Counted from the first letter of the stretch, positions 9,111-18,653 are shown. The stretch: 64,000 nucleotides of DNA from Thermoanaerobaculia bacterium (GCA_963666565.1 OY762911.1:992001-1056000), one strand, 5' to 3'. The notes: generated by a model not told the origin, from the letters alone. Made by a program: numbers and translations.

Positions 9111-10096
9111 GCGCCGGCTCCGTTCGCCTTCGGCGACGTCGCGTCTGAACGACCGGAGGCCGTCGCTTCGCTCCGGCTGCCGGCGGGGCCGCCGGCGCAC
9201 CCGGTCTGTGCCGCCGCCAGTCTTGCGCGGTAGAACTCGAGCCCCTCGCGGGCCGCTTGGTCGAGGTCGCGGCCGCCCGTCATGTCGCGCCACACCGCGA
9301 GCAGGTTGCCGACGCCGCCGCCGGTGTGGACGATCGGCTCCATCACGGTGTCGCGGTCGTAGTCGATCTCGTGGAGCGCGGCCGCCACCTCGTCCCAGGG
9401 GATGTGGCCCCGGCCGGGCGGACGGCGGTTGTTCTCGCCGATGTGGAAGGTGCCGAGCCGGTCGCCGGCGCGGACGATCGCGTCTCCCAGCGAGTCCTCC
9501 TCGATGTTCATGTGGTACGTGTCGAGCATCATCTTCAGGTTCGGGCTGCCGACCTCGTCGAGGAAGCGCAGCGCTTCGTCGCAGGTGTTGACCAGGAAGT
9601 GCTCGAAGCGGTTCAGCACCTCGATGTGGAAGGTCACGCCGAGATCCTCGGCGGTCTTCGTCGCCTCCCGCATGGCGCCGACGGCGTGCGCCCAGCAGCG
9701 CTCCTTGTCGCGGCCGTCGAGGCCCTGGCGCATGACGCCGGTGATCGCGCCGCCGACGTCCGCGCCGCCGCCGCCCGCCATCCGCTGCATCTCGCTCGCC
9801 TTTTCGGCGAGCGCGCGCAGGTGCGCGACGCCGCGGCGCCGGTCCTCTTCCGAGTCGGAGTTGATGTCCTGCTTCGGGCCGAGCCCCGCCATGTAGTTGA
9901 TCCCGATCCCGTGCTCGGAGGCGGCGCCGAGGAAGCGCTTCTTCCGCTCCGGCGTGTACAGGAAGAGCACGTCCTGGGAGAAGGACATCAGGTCGAAGCC
10001 GATCGCCGCGGCCCGGGCCATCCGGCGTTCGTACTCCTCGATGTCCTCCATCCACTCGTTGCCCCAGTAGTTGAAGGTGATTCCGATCCTGCCCAT
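9107..10096 (-). CDS. Sugar-phosphate isomerase/epimerase (D-psicose/D-tagatose 3-epimerase-like)
   Basis: IEVLNRFE, LDTYHMNIEE, HIGENNRRPPGRG and VMEP; its stop overlaps the aldolase ATG (ATGA). Confidence 0.9.
   Translation of the reverse strand: MGRIGITFNYWGNEWMEDIEEYERRMARAAAIGFDLMSFSQDVLFLYTPERKKRFLGAASEHGIGINYMAGLGPKQDINSDSEEDRRRGVAHLRALAEKASEMQRMAGGGGADVGGAITGVMRQGLDGRDKERCWAHAVGAMREATKTAEDLGVTFHIEVLNRFEHFLVNTCDEALRFLDEVGSPNLKMMLDTYHMNIEEDSLGDAIVRAGDRLGTFHIGENNRRPPGRGHIPWDEVAAALHEIDYDRDTVMEPIVHTGGGVGNLLAVWRDMTGGRDLDQAAREGLEFYRARLAAAQTGCAGGPAGSRSEATASGRSDATSPKANGAGA
9179..9204 (-). repeat. Degenerate REP-B inside the epimerase C-terminal extension
   Basis: GCCGGCGGGGCCGCCGGCGCACCCGG. 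Confidence 0.65.
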
Positions 10097-10206
10097 GTTC
10101 TCTCCCGGAGTTCGTTCATTCAGGCCGCGGTGGCCGCAGGCCGACGCCGCTGGACGGTCGCCGCTTCGGGGCGCGCTTCTCCCGGAAGCCGGCGAGGGCG
10201 CCGGCT

Positions 10207-10232
10207 GCGGGTCGGAAGACCCGCGCACCCGG
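10207..10232 (-). repeat. Single REP-A
   Basis: GCGGGTCGGAAGACCCGCGCACCCGG. Confidence 0.85.
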
Positions 10233-10270
10233 CGGAGGGCCTGCGCAGCCGGTTACCGAGGCGCACGCTC

Positions 10271-11251
10271 CTAGCCCCCACCGGACGGTTGCGCGGCCAT
10301 CAGTGCCTCGACTTCTTCCATCGACGGGATCCCCTTGCGGTTTCCCAGCACGGTGCAGTGCAGGGCCGCGACCGCCGACGAGAACGAGGCGCAGCGCTCG
10401 AGATCCCAGCCCCTGGCGAGCCCGACGAGGTAGGCGCCGTGGAACGTGTCGCCGGCGCCCGTCGTGTCGACGACGTCGACGTCGAACGCGGGCGTGTGGA
10501 ACTCGACGTCGCGCGCCGCAAGTCCGTGCGCCCCGGTTCTGCGGGCGCCGGTTCCGCGGGCAACCGTGTAGCTGCCGCGCGCGCCCTCCGTCTGCACCAC
10601 CACGCGCGGTCCGAGTTCCAGGGCGGCGCGGCCCGCCCGCCGCACGTCTTCCTCGCCCGTGAGCATCGGCGCGAAGCCGGCGCCGCAGATCAGCACGTCG
10701 GTCTCGGCCACGAGCGCGCGCGCCGGTTCGAGGACCTTGTGGCTGGTGGCGGCGGCGTCCAGCACGACCGTGCCGCCCGCCTCCTTCATCCAGCGCGCCG
10801 CGGCAAGGGCCGCCTCGGCGTGGCTGCCGTCGAGGTGGAGGATCCGCGCCGACTCGACGTACTCCCGGTCGAGATCGCCGGCGGCGAGAGGCCGCGAGAG
10901 GAAGCCCCGCCGGAACGAGAACACCCGCTCGCCCGTCGCGGCGTCGACGTAGACGACGACCACGTGGTCCTCCGGCCCCTCGCGCGGCACGAGCCGGCTG
11001 GTGTCGACGCCGGCCCGCTCCAGCGACCGCCGCCGGTGCTCGCCCAGGTCGTCGTCGCCCACGGTGTCGACGAAGCCGGTGCGGAGCCCGAACGTCGAGG
11101 CGACGAAGCATGCCGTGCCGGCGGGCCCGCCGTCGGCGAGCGCGAAGTCGAGCAGACCGCGCGGATCCTCCCAGACCGGCATGCGCTCGACCCGCAGCAC
11201 GACGTCGACGATGGCAAGGCCAAGGCCCACGACGTCGAGGCGGGCGTCCAA
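10271..11251 (-). CDS. PfkB family carbohydrate kinase
   Basis: GGPAGTA, VGDDDLG and the VVDTTGAGDTFHGAY signature. Confidence 0.93.
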   Translation of the reverse strand: MDARLDVVGLGLAIVDVVLRVERMPVWEDPRGLLDFALADGGPAGTACFVASTFGLRTGFVDTVGDDDLGEHRRRSLERAGVDTSRLVPREGPEDHVVVVYVDAATGERVFSFRRGFLSRPLAAGDLDREYVESARILHLDGSHAEAALAAARWMKEAGGTVVLDAAATSHKVLEPARALVAETDVLICGAGFAPMLTGEEDVRRAGRAALELGPRVVVQTEGARGSYTVARGTGARRTGAHGLAARDVEFHTPAFDVDVVDTTGAGDTFHGAYLVGLARGWDLERCASFSSAVAALHCTVLGNRKGIPSMEEVEALMAAQPSGGG

Positions 11252-11263
11252 GGTCTGGCGGCG

Positions 11264-11995
11264 CTACCCGGCGCGCCGGGAACGCGCCTCAACCGAGGCG
11301 AACTCGCGTTCCAGACGGCGGAGTTCCTTCTCGACGCGCGGTCGAACCTCGGGCGCGGCGAAGGCGAGCAGGGCAACGTAGAAGCCGCAGAGGCTCTTCA
11401 GCCGGTAGACCTCGTCGTCGAGGATGCCGAAGGCCCACTGGTCGAGGGCGAGTTCCCAGCCGACGTAGAGCTGCGTCTCGAGGAATGGCTGGCCGACCGA
11501 AGTCTCCAGTTGTCCGCGGGCGAGAGCGTCGCCGACGGCCGTGTGGATTCTTCCCTTCAGCGACCTGAGGCGTTCGCCTTCGTCCTGTTGGACCAGCCGC
11601 GCCCAGTGGCCGGTGCTGAAGTCGGCCACGATGAGCGGCCGCAGCAGGTCGCCGTTGTCGATCATGTACTTGAGGAGGCCCTCCATGGCTCTGCCCGCCC
11701 GCCGCAGCGGATCGCGGGCGGTGCGGACGTCGGGGGCCGGCTCGTCGAGGCGCTGGACCGAGTCCCGGATCAGCGCCTGCAGGATCTCCTCGCGGGAACC
11801 GAGCAGGTTGTAGAGCGTGGTGACGCTCAGGCCGGCGACGCGGGCCAGCTTGCGCATCGAGAGCCCCTCCGGGCCGGACTCCTTGAGAAGGGTGCGGGCG
11901 GAGTCCAGGATGCGCTGCCGCCGGGCCGCGACGTTCGCTTCGCGCCGGCTCATCTTTCCGCCGGCCTCGGCGCTCTTGGCTTCGACGTTCGACAT
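11264..11995 (-). CDS. TetR/AcrR family transcriptional regulator
   Basis: RQRILDSARTLL...LSMRKLARVAGLSVTTLYNLLGSREEIL HTH. Start may instead be 11953. Confidence 0.92.
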   Translation of the reverse strand: MSNVEAKSAEAGGKMSRREANVAARRQRILDSARTLLKESGPEGLSMRKLARVAGLSVTTLYNLLGSREEILQALIRDSVQRLDEPAPDVRTARDPLRRAGRAMEGLLKYMIDNGDLLRPLIVADFSTGHWARLVQQDEGERLRSLKGRIHTAVGDALARGQLETSVGQPFLETQLYVGWELALDQWAFGILDDEVYRLKSLCGFYVALLAFAAPEVRPRVEKELRRLEREFASVEARSRRAG

Positions 11996-12079
11996 CGGTT
12001 GGGGCGTTGTTCCAGGGATGATACGCGGCGCCACCGAGGCCGGCCGGGTCATCGACGGGCTGCGGGCTGGCGGCCGCCC

Positions 12080-12107
12080 GAAACATGTTACATTGTTCCA
12101 AGTTCGA
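12080..12107. promoter_or_regulatory. Putative operator (imperfect palindrome ACTTG-nAACA-n-TGTnn-CAwGT)
   Basis: AT-rich island between divergent genes; a close copy occurs at 20877-20903. Confidence 0.55.
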
Positions 12108-12152
12108 CGGCGTGGGCCGCCGGGACGGGAAAGGAAGCGAGGGGGAACGAGC

Positions 12153-12788
12153 GTGGCCGATATCGACGTAGCCGAACTGAAGCCGGTCGGGGAGTTCGGC
12201 TCGAAGGCCTGGTGCGAGGCGTGCGCCCGCTACGGCGTTCAACTCCTCGAAGACGGCGACCTTCCGGCGGACACCGCGTGGGGTTTCACCGAGATCTACA
12301 CCCACGCGCCGGCGCGGTTGCTCGAAGGCGGCCGGGAGATGTCGGCGTACTTCCTCATGGTGAAGGACGGCAAGGTCAGCGGCGGCGACGGCGCCCCCGA
12401 GGAATGCAAGGCGCTGCCGGGCTTCCACATCGCGATGCCGTGGGCCTCGATCTGCAACCAGTCGGGCACGAAGTACGGCCGCGAGGGTCAGATGCGGCGG
12501 TCGGCCCAGGAAAAGGTCATGTTCCAGCAGATCGAGGAGTACGTCGGGCGGCCGAACCCGCTCGGCCTGGGCGGCGGTCCGAAGCACGTGTGGCCCCGCG
12601 AGGTCGGCATGGCGCTGGGCAAGGGCATGGAGGAAGGCGGCGGACTGCACAACATCGCGGCGAGCCTGCAGAATCCGTCGCCCGAGTTCGCGGACTTTCC
12701 GACGACCGACATGGCCGTGCCGGACTTCGAGGCGATGACCGAGGCGCAGAAGCGGCGCTTCCTGGAACTCCTCGCCGTCGACGTCTGA
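12153..12788 (+). CDS. Hypothetical protein
   Basis: GTG after a GAGGGGG RBS, typical codon usage, protein-like composition; family not recognised. Confidence 0.75.
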   Translation: MADIDVAELKPVGEFGSKAWCEACARYGVQLLEDGDLPADTAWGFTEIYTHAPARLLEGGREMSAYFLMVKDGKVSGGDGAPEECKALPGFHIAMPWASICNQSGTKYGREGQMRRSAQEKVMFQQIEEYVGRPNPLGLGGGPKHVWPREVGMALGKGMEEGGGLHNIAASLQNPSPEFADFPTTDMAVPDFEAMTEAQKRRFLELLAVDV

Positions 12789-12789
12789 A

Positions 12790-12905
12790 CCGGGTGCGCG
12801 GGTCTTCTGACCCGCTTCCGGAGGAAGGCGGACGCCGGCCGAAGGCCGGCGACGATTCTGGACGCCGCCTGCGGCGGCAGCGGGTCAGAAGACCCGCGCA
12901 CCCAG
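12790..12905. repeat. REPIN-like element (two inverted REP-A with spacer), between convergent genes
   Basis: CCGGGTGCGCGGGTCTTCTGACCCGC...GCGGGTCAGAAGACCCGCGCACCCAG. Confidence 0.92.
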
Positions 12906-12912
12906 CGGGGCG

Positions 12913-15576
12913 CTACCTGTCGTCGAGGGCGAAGCGCACTGCGGTCCTGTAGGTGGACCCAACCGGCTCGCCGTTCTCGATCGCCGGCCGGAAGACTGCT
13001 CGTCTCATTGCCGCGACGGCGTTCTCCGTGAGGCCGTGGGGCAACCGTTCGAGCTCCTCGACATGCACGACGCAACCTTCCTTGTCGATGGTGACGCCGA
13101 GGCCGACAACGCCCTCGACGCCGGCTTGCATCGCTTCTTCGGTGTACTCGTGCGCGACCCGGAAGATCGTCTCGCCGGGTTCGCGGCCAGAGTTCGGGCC
13201 ACCGCCCGTCGCCAAGTCGTCGCCGTCGTCCGGTGCCGAGTCGTCGCCGTCGCCGGTCGCCGGCTCGGCGCCCGCTTGCGGCGCCGCGGCGCCCCGTGCG
13301 TGACACACCAGGATCCGCGCCCGGTCCGGGATCGGACCTTCCGGCGAGATGGCCAGGATGCTCCTGGCCTCGGCCACGCCTTCTTCGGACCGGGCTGAAT
13401 CGACCAGCAGCCTGGCGAGGCTGTAACGCGGCGCCACGGACGCCTCGTCGTCCATCACCGCGATCACGCGGCGGAACGCCTCCTCCGCGTCCAGTACGTC
13501 CTGCTCGGTGCGGTCGGACTTGTCGAAGAGGGCCACGCCGAGCGCGTTGTACGCCCGCGCCCGCAGGCGGATGTCGTCGGTCAGCTCCAGCGCGCGGCGC
13601 GCGGCGCTGGCCATTTGGCCGAGTTCGGAACGCTGGTAGTGGGCCGCCGCCTCGGCGAGCCACCGTTCGGCCGTGTCCGGCAGGGGCGGCGCGTCGCCTG
13701 CCGTGCCGGCGGTCAGCGGCTCGGCAGGCCGCGCCTCGGCAGTGCGCGGCGGCTCGGCCGGTGCGGCCGGGGCGTTTCCGGCGTCCAGGTCGAACGTGGC
13801 GACGGACGTCGCGGCGGAGAGGTCGTCGCGCACGCCGATGGCGACGCGATGCGGCCCCGGCGCGGTCACCACGTCGACCGCGAACGGCCACGAGAGCTCC
13901 CGGGCGTCCTCGATCTCGCCCTCCTTGACCAGGACGGGAACGGGATGTTCCGTCACCTCGGAAACGCGTCCCTCGCCGTCGATCACCTGGACCCACAGCC
14001 GCACCCGGGCCTCGTGGCCGTCGCCGGCCGGGGCGAGAGTCAGCGGCCCGATCGGGATGGCGACCAGCATCCTCGACTGGATGTCGCCGCTGTCGAGGAG
14101 GGCCTCGCCGCCCGGGCCGCGGACCGGCGCGATCCGGACCCCCATCGGGTTGGCGGCCTCTTCCATCGAGAGGGCCGCCAGCGTCAGGTCGGCCATCTCG
14201 GCCGATACGGACTTGTCGACATAGCTGTCGCGGTGGCGAATCGAGAGGCGTCCGCGGTAGCGCCGCCTTGCCTCGTCGGTCAGTTCGATCTCGATCCGGT
14301 GGGTGCTTCCCCGGTCGGCGTGGGTCGGCGAGTAGCCGAGCGAGTAGCGGTTCTGCAGGTCGCTCGCGATGCGGTCGAACCCGCCCGCGAAGTTGCGTGT
14401 GTTGACGATCGCCCGGCCGCCGGTGCGGTCGGCCAGGCGGAGCAGCGGCTCCTCGAGATTGTTGGCGCGCGTGAACTCGATGCTGGTGGAGAAACGGAGG
14501 TCCGCGGTGTTCATGCCGCTGACGCGCGCGCCGGCGGCGGCGACGCTGTGGAAGGTCACGCCGTTGGCGTTGGCGAGCGAGGCGAGCTCGTCGAATCGCC
14601 GGGAGAGGTCGTACTGGTAGGCCTCCAGGGAGGCGTTCGCGGCGTCGATGCTTCTTGGGTCGCTATACAGATCGACGTCCGGCAAGGGCGACTGGTTGGC
14701 GACGCGCCACCGTCCGCGCCGATCGTCGAACCTCTCCTCGAGCGCCCGGAACAGATCCTCCGCCGGCCGCATGGGCAGGCCGTTGCTGATGTACAGGATG
14801 GCCTTGCGCCCCGGCAGGCCCGCCATCGTCCGGATGGCGTTCTCCAGGTTCACGACCGAGGCGTCGACCTCGCTTCTGATCATTGCGGCGAAGTCGCGGA
14901 TCAGTTCCATCGCCGCGCTGTAGCGGGGCGGAAACTGGTCGTCCTGGTTGAGTTCGCGGAGGATGTCCAGGCGCTGCGATTCGATGCGGTCGCGGCTGCC
15001 GACGACCCTCGCGACCTCGTGGGTCGCCTCGGCGACGCGCCAGGCCTCGGTGGTGAAGGGGAGCGCGACCTCGAACCGGCCCGAATCGTGGACGGCGAGC
15101 ATCGCGCGGTCGTACGGGCTGAGCTGGACGCTCAGGAAGTTGCGCAGGAAGGGCAGCAGCCGATTGCGGTCCGTCGGCGTCAGGTTGTTGTTGTCGACGT
15201 AGACCATCAGGCTCAGCCGGTGTTCCGGCGGCGGCGGCTCGGCGGGGACGAAGCGGTCCAGGTCGCTCTGCCGGGGCCGGCGGTCCCGGAAGGCGGTTGT
15301 CGCCTGTTCCCGCGCGGTCGCGTCGAGGCCGTCGGTGAACTCGTAGAAGTTCGAGAGCTCCACCGGGCGGCCGTCTTCCCGCACCTCGAAGTCGCCGGCG
15401 GTCAGGCCGGTGACCGGGTTGCCGTCGCGGTCGGTTACCCAGACGTCGACGTTGACGACGCGGACGTCGATCGTTTCGCCGAAGGTCTCGGGCGCGGGCT
15501 CGGGCTGTGCCTGGGCGGCGCCGTTCGCGGAGCAGAACAGCAGGAAGAGCGCGGCTGGGGCGGCGGGACGGTTCAT
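12913..15576 (-). CDS. Secreted Acidobacterial-type VWA domain protein with TPR-like and TonB C-terminal domains
   Basis: FGETIDVRVVNVDVWVTDRDGNPVTGLTAGDFEVREDG, PGRKAILYISNG, LADRTGGRA, YSLGYSP; C-terminal EYTEEAMQAGVEGVV...FRPAIENGEPV is TonB_C-like. Confidence 0.85.
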   Translation of the reverse strand: MNRPAAPAALFLLFCSANGAAQAQPEPAPETFGETIDVRVVNVDVWVTDRDGNPVTGLTAGDFEVREDGRPVELSNFYEFTDGLDATAREQATTAFRDRRPRQSDLDRFVPAEPPPPEHRLSLMVYVDNNNLTPTDRNRLLPFLRNFLSVQLSPYDRAMLAVHDSGRFEVALPFTTEAWRVAEATHEVARVVGSRDRIESQRLDILRELNQDDQFPPRYSAAMELIRDFAAMIRSEVDASVVNLENAIRTMAGLPGRKAILYISNGLPMRPAEDLFRALEERFDDRRGRWRVANQSPLPDVDLYSDPRSIDAANASLEAYQYDLSRRFDELASLANANGVTFHSVAAAGARVSGMNTADLRFSTSIEFTRANNLEEPLLRLADRTGGRAIVNTRNFAGGFDRIASDLQNRYSLGYSPTHADRGSTHRIEIELTDEARRRYRGRLSIRHRDSYVDKSVSAEMADLTLAALSMEEAANPMGVRIAPVRGPGGEALLDSGDIQSRMLVAIPIGPLTLAPAGDGHEARVRLWVQVIDGEGRVSEVTEHPVPVLVKEGEIEDARELSWPFAVDVVTAPGPHRVAIGVRDDLSAATSVATFDLDAGNAPAAPAEPPRTAEARPAEPLTAGTAGDAPPLPDTAERWLAEAAAHYQRSELGQMASAARRALELTDDIRLRARAYNALGVALFDKSDRTEQDVLDAEEAFRRVIAVMDDEASVAPRYSLARLLVDSARSEEGVAEARSILAISPEGPIPDRARILVCHARGAAAPQAGAEPATGDGDDSAPDDGDDLATGGGPNSGREPGETIFRVAHEYTEEAMQAGVEGVVGLGVTIDKEGCVVHVEELERLPHGLTENAVAAMRRAVFRPAIENGEPVGSTYRTAVRFALDDR

Positions 15577-15593
15577 CCTCGGCAAGCGTATCG

Positions 15594-15761
15594 CTGGGTG
15601 CCGGGACCGGGTGCGCGGGTCTTCCGACCCGCATGCCGCCGAAGGCGGCCGGAAGAATCGTCGCCGGCCTTCGGCCGGCGGCCTTGTTCTCCGGGCTGCG
15701 CCGCTCCGCGGCGCCGCCGGATGCGGGTCGGAAGACCCGCGCACCCAGTCCCCGCACCCGG
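15594..15761. repeat. REPIN (15607-15748) flanked by extra inverted CYGGGTGC-GGGAC arms
   Basis: Inverted REP-A pair plus outer arms 15594-15607 and 15748-15761. Confidence 0.9.
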
Positions 15762-15766
15762 CGGTC

Positions 15767-18652
15767 TCAGTTCTCCTCGTGCAGCGTCACCACGCCCGCG
15801 TCGCCGTCGACGCTGATCTCCTGCCCCGGCGTCACCCGCTGGGTGATGTTGCCCGTCCCGACGACCGCGGGAATGCCGTACTCCCGCGCGACGATCGAGC
15901 CGTGGCCCAGAATGCCGCCGATGTCGGTGACCAACCCCGAGGCATGCGCGAACAGCGGCGTCCAGGCCGGGTTCGTCATCGGGCACACCAGGATGGAGCC
16001 CGACCGCATCCGGTCGAACTCCGGCGGCGACTTGATCAGGCTCGCCGGCGCGGTCACCGTGCCGGGGCTCACCGGCACGCCGCGCAGGGTGGGGCTGTTC
16101 GGGTCGTTGCGGGCCTGCGTCTCCTTGAAGGCGATGGACGGATGCTCGCTCGCCTCCTCGGGCACGGTGCCGGGCGGGTGCAGGCGCTTGCGCGCTTCCC
16201 GCAGTTCGCGCCGCTCGGCGGCGAGCGCGCCGAGATCGGGCCGGGCTTCGCCGCGCGCGCGGGCCTCGATGGCCTCGCGAAGCTCGTCCGTGACGCAGAA
16301 GTAGACGTCGTCCGGTCGTCCGAACGTGCCGGCCTCGACCAGCCGCCGCCCCAGTTCCGCCGCCAGCGGGCGCAGCACGGGCCAGGCGCTGCCGAGGTAG
16401 AACATCGTCTCCTCGCGGATGGGGTAGAAGAGGTACGTGAACCACAGGCGGAAGCGGAACTGCCAGTACTCCAGGCCGTCGAGCAGTTCCTCGATCCGGC
16501 CAAGCGCCTCCTCCTTCTTGCGGCGCGCGTCGATGTCGTGCTGTTCCGGGCTGTAGTCGCGGTTGGCGACCATCGTCTTCAGCGTGGCGAAGAACGCCGT
16601 CGGATCCTCGCTCTGCGGCGGCTCGACGAAGTCGAGCGTGTAGCCCTGGTGGCCGAAGGTCCCGAGATAGCTGTCGATCGCCTCGAGCGCCGGACCGCTC
16701 TCCGGGTGGGCCTCCAGCGCGGCCATGAGCCGTGAGGCCGGGGTCACCATGACCAGTTCCCACAGCGAGTCGTCGGCCCGGATGCGTTTGGCGACCTCGT
16801 AGATCGCGTCGTTCGCTTCCATCGTCTTCGACTTGAAGCCGCTCAGAAACTGGCCGCTCGTGAAGTGGTGGTCGGGCAGCGTCTCGCGCAGGAAGCACTG
16901 AAGCTGGTCGTCGGTCGACTTGGCGACGCCGAACGTGTGCCCGGTGTCGTTCGACCAGTAGTCGCCCTCGGCCACGGCCAGGTCGACGATGCCCTTGAGC
17001 AGCGTCTCGTCGGACGCCGCGGCGGGATCCACTTCGCGCCATTCGCCGGCGATCCGGACCAGGCGCGGCATCGTCTCTTCCCGCCACTTCCTGAGCACGC
17101 CGTCGTTCCACTGGGTGCGATTGAAGGCGATGTAGGTCGGGTTCCTGCTCTCGGGCATGGTCACCCGCTGCGCCAGGGAATCGCCGAGTCCGGCCGAGGC
17201 CGCCCAGGCGTCGAAGGCGCGGCGGTCCTCGTCGCTGAGCGCGTCCCGAAACAGCTTCAGGTCGTGCTCCGCCATCTCCAGGTTCTCCGCGGGGGAGTCC
17301 TTGCGCCGCTCGGCCATGGCGCGTTCGGCGGCCTCCAGTTCGTCCTCGGTCGGCTTCCTGATCTCCTTGTTGTCGCCGTCCGGGAAGAGCATCTGCCAGT
17401 CGCCGCGCTGGTAGGCGAAGCCGTGCATCGTGACGAAGACCGGGCCGCCGCCGATCATCATGCTCTTGCCCTTGCGAGCCTTCTCCAGGCCGACGGTCAG
17501 GTAGAGCTCCTCGAACAGCGGGCAGATCGGGTCGGGCATGTTCTCGACGATCTGGCGGCGCGTCAGGATGCGGGCCGGCGGGGTGGGCGTCCACTCGACG
17601 TCGATCGGCTGCGGCGGCAGGTTCGTGATCGGCCGCGACTGGAGCAGGTGGAGCCTGCCGCCGGAGATCGCCCACTCGATGTCCTGGGGCACGCCGTCGA
17701 ACCGCGCCTCGACGGCGGCGCCGAGTTCGGCGAGTTCCCGCAGCGCCTCCGGCGACAGGGACGATCGGCCGCGGTCGGCTTCGTCGATCTCCTCGATCCG
17801 CGTGCCGTGGTCGCCGTCCTGGACGATCCGGCGCTCCTTGGCGCCGATGATCGTCTCGGTGGCCTCGCCGGTCGCGCGGTCGACGACCCAGGTGTCCGGC
17901 GTGACCTCGCCGCCGACGACCGCCTCGCCGAGGCCGAAGCTGGCGTTGACGATGGCTTCCGAGCGCTCGCCGGTGGCCGGATTGGCGGTGAACAGGATGC
18001 CCGAGACCTCGGACGGCACCATGATCTGCACGACGACGGCCATCGCGACCTTGCCGTGGTCGACGCCCAGTTGGTGGCGGTAGGCGATCGCGCGCGGCGT
18101 CCACAGCGACGCCCAGCAGTCGCGGACGGCCTGGACGACCGCGTCCTCGCCGCGGACGTTCAGGTAGGTGTCCTGCTGGCCGGCGAAGGATGCCTCCGGC
18201 AGGTCCTCGGCGTTGGCGGAGGAGCGCACGGCCACCGACGGGTTGGCGTGCGCCGACGCCCCGAGACCTCTCGCGGGCTCGGCGTTTCGGCCCGTCTCGT
18301 CCTGGCTGGCTTCGCTGCGTCCCGCGGCGCAAGATGCCAGTTCGCGGTAGGCGGCGGCGATCCCGGCGGCCGTCGAGTCGGCCAGGGCAGGTTCGCCGAG
18401 GAGCGCCTGGATCGCGGCCGAAGCCTTGTCGAAGGAGACGGCGCCGTTCACCAGTTCGGGCTTGGCCAGTTCGACGATGCGCTCCTTCAGGCCGTGCTCG
18501 TCGACGAAGGACCGGTAGGCGGCCGTGGTGACGTGGAAGCCGCCCGGGACCGCGAACCCGGAGTTCGACAGACGCGCCAGCGAGCGGCCCTTGCCGCCCA
18601 GGAGGTCCAGGTCGTCGTCGCGGGTGTCGAGCGGACGGACGAAGGCGTGCAT
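15767..18652 (-). CDS. PEP-utilising phosphotransferase (ATP-grasp, substrate domain, C-terminal phospho-His swivel; rifampin phosphotransferase-like architecture)
   Basis: GGKGRSL, VAVRSSANAEDLPEASFAGQQDTYLNV, QDIEWA, LLQSRPIT and C-terminal GGILGHGSIVAREYGIPAV. Confidence 0.88.
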   Translation of the reverse strand: MHAFVRPLDTRDDDLDLLGGKGRSLARLSNSGFAVPGGFHVTTAAYRSFVDEHGLKERIVELAKPELVNGAVSFDKASAAIQALLGEPALADSTAAGIAAAYRELASCAAGRSEASQDETGRNAEPARGLGASAHANPSVAVRSSANAEDLPEASFAGQQDTYLNVRGEDAVVQAVRDCWASLWTPRAIAYRHQLGVDHGKVAMAVVVQIMVPSEVSGILFTANPATGERSEAIVNASFGLGEAVVGGEVTPDTWVVDRATGEATETIIGAKERRIVQDGDHGTRIEEIDEADRGRSSLSPEALRELAELGAAVEARFDGVPQDIEWAISGGRLHLLQSRPITNLPPQPIDVEWTPTPPARILTRRQIVENMPDPICPLFEELYLTVGLEKARKGKSMMIGGGPVFVTMHGFAYQRGDWQMLFPDGDNKEIRKPTEDELEAAERAMAERRKDSPAENLEMAEHDLKLFRDALSDEDRRAFDAWAASAGLGDSLAQRVTMPESRNPTYIAFNRTQWNDGVLRKWREETMPRLVRIAGEWREVDPAAASDETLLKGIVDLAVAEGDYWSNDTGHTFGVAKSTDDQLQCFLRETLPDHHFTSGQFLSGFKSKTMEANDAIYEVAKRIRADDSLWELVMVTPASRLMAALEAHPESGPALEAIDSYLGTFGHQGYTLDFVEPPQSEDPTAFFATLKTMVANRDYSPEQHDIDARRKKEEALGRIEELLDGLEYWQFRFRLWFTYLFYPIREETMFYLGSAWPVLRPLAAELGRRLVEAGTFGRPDDVYFCVTDELREAIEARARGEARPDLGALAAERRELREARKRLHPPGTVPEEASEHPSIAFKETQARNDPNSPTLRGVPVSPGTVTAPASLIKSPPEFDRMRSGSILVCPMTNPAWTPLFAHASGLVTDIGGILGHGSIVAREYGIPAVVGTGNITQRVTPGQEISVDGDAGVVTLHEEN
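18257..18302 (+). repeat. Repeat family D copy, in frame within the phosphotransferase
   Basis: 41/46 identical to 5048-5093. Confidence 0.7.
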
Positions 18653-18653
18653 G

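Noticed and set aside
12790-12905. REPINs as intrinsic terminators
   Set aside because: No U-tracts follow the stems, and many copies lie inside operons or coding regions.
9257-12952. Long ORFs such as 1231 aa here, 20718-23729, 28262-31669 and 38017-40506
   Set aside because: Antisense or off-frame shadows of recognisable genes, expected in stop-poor GC-rich DNA.
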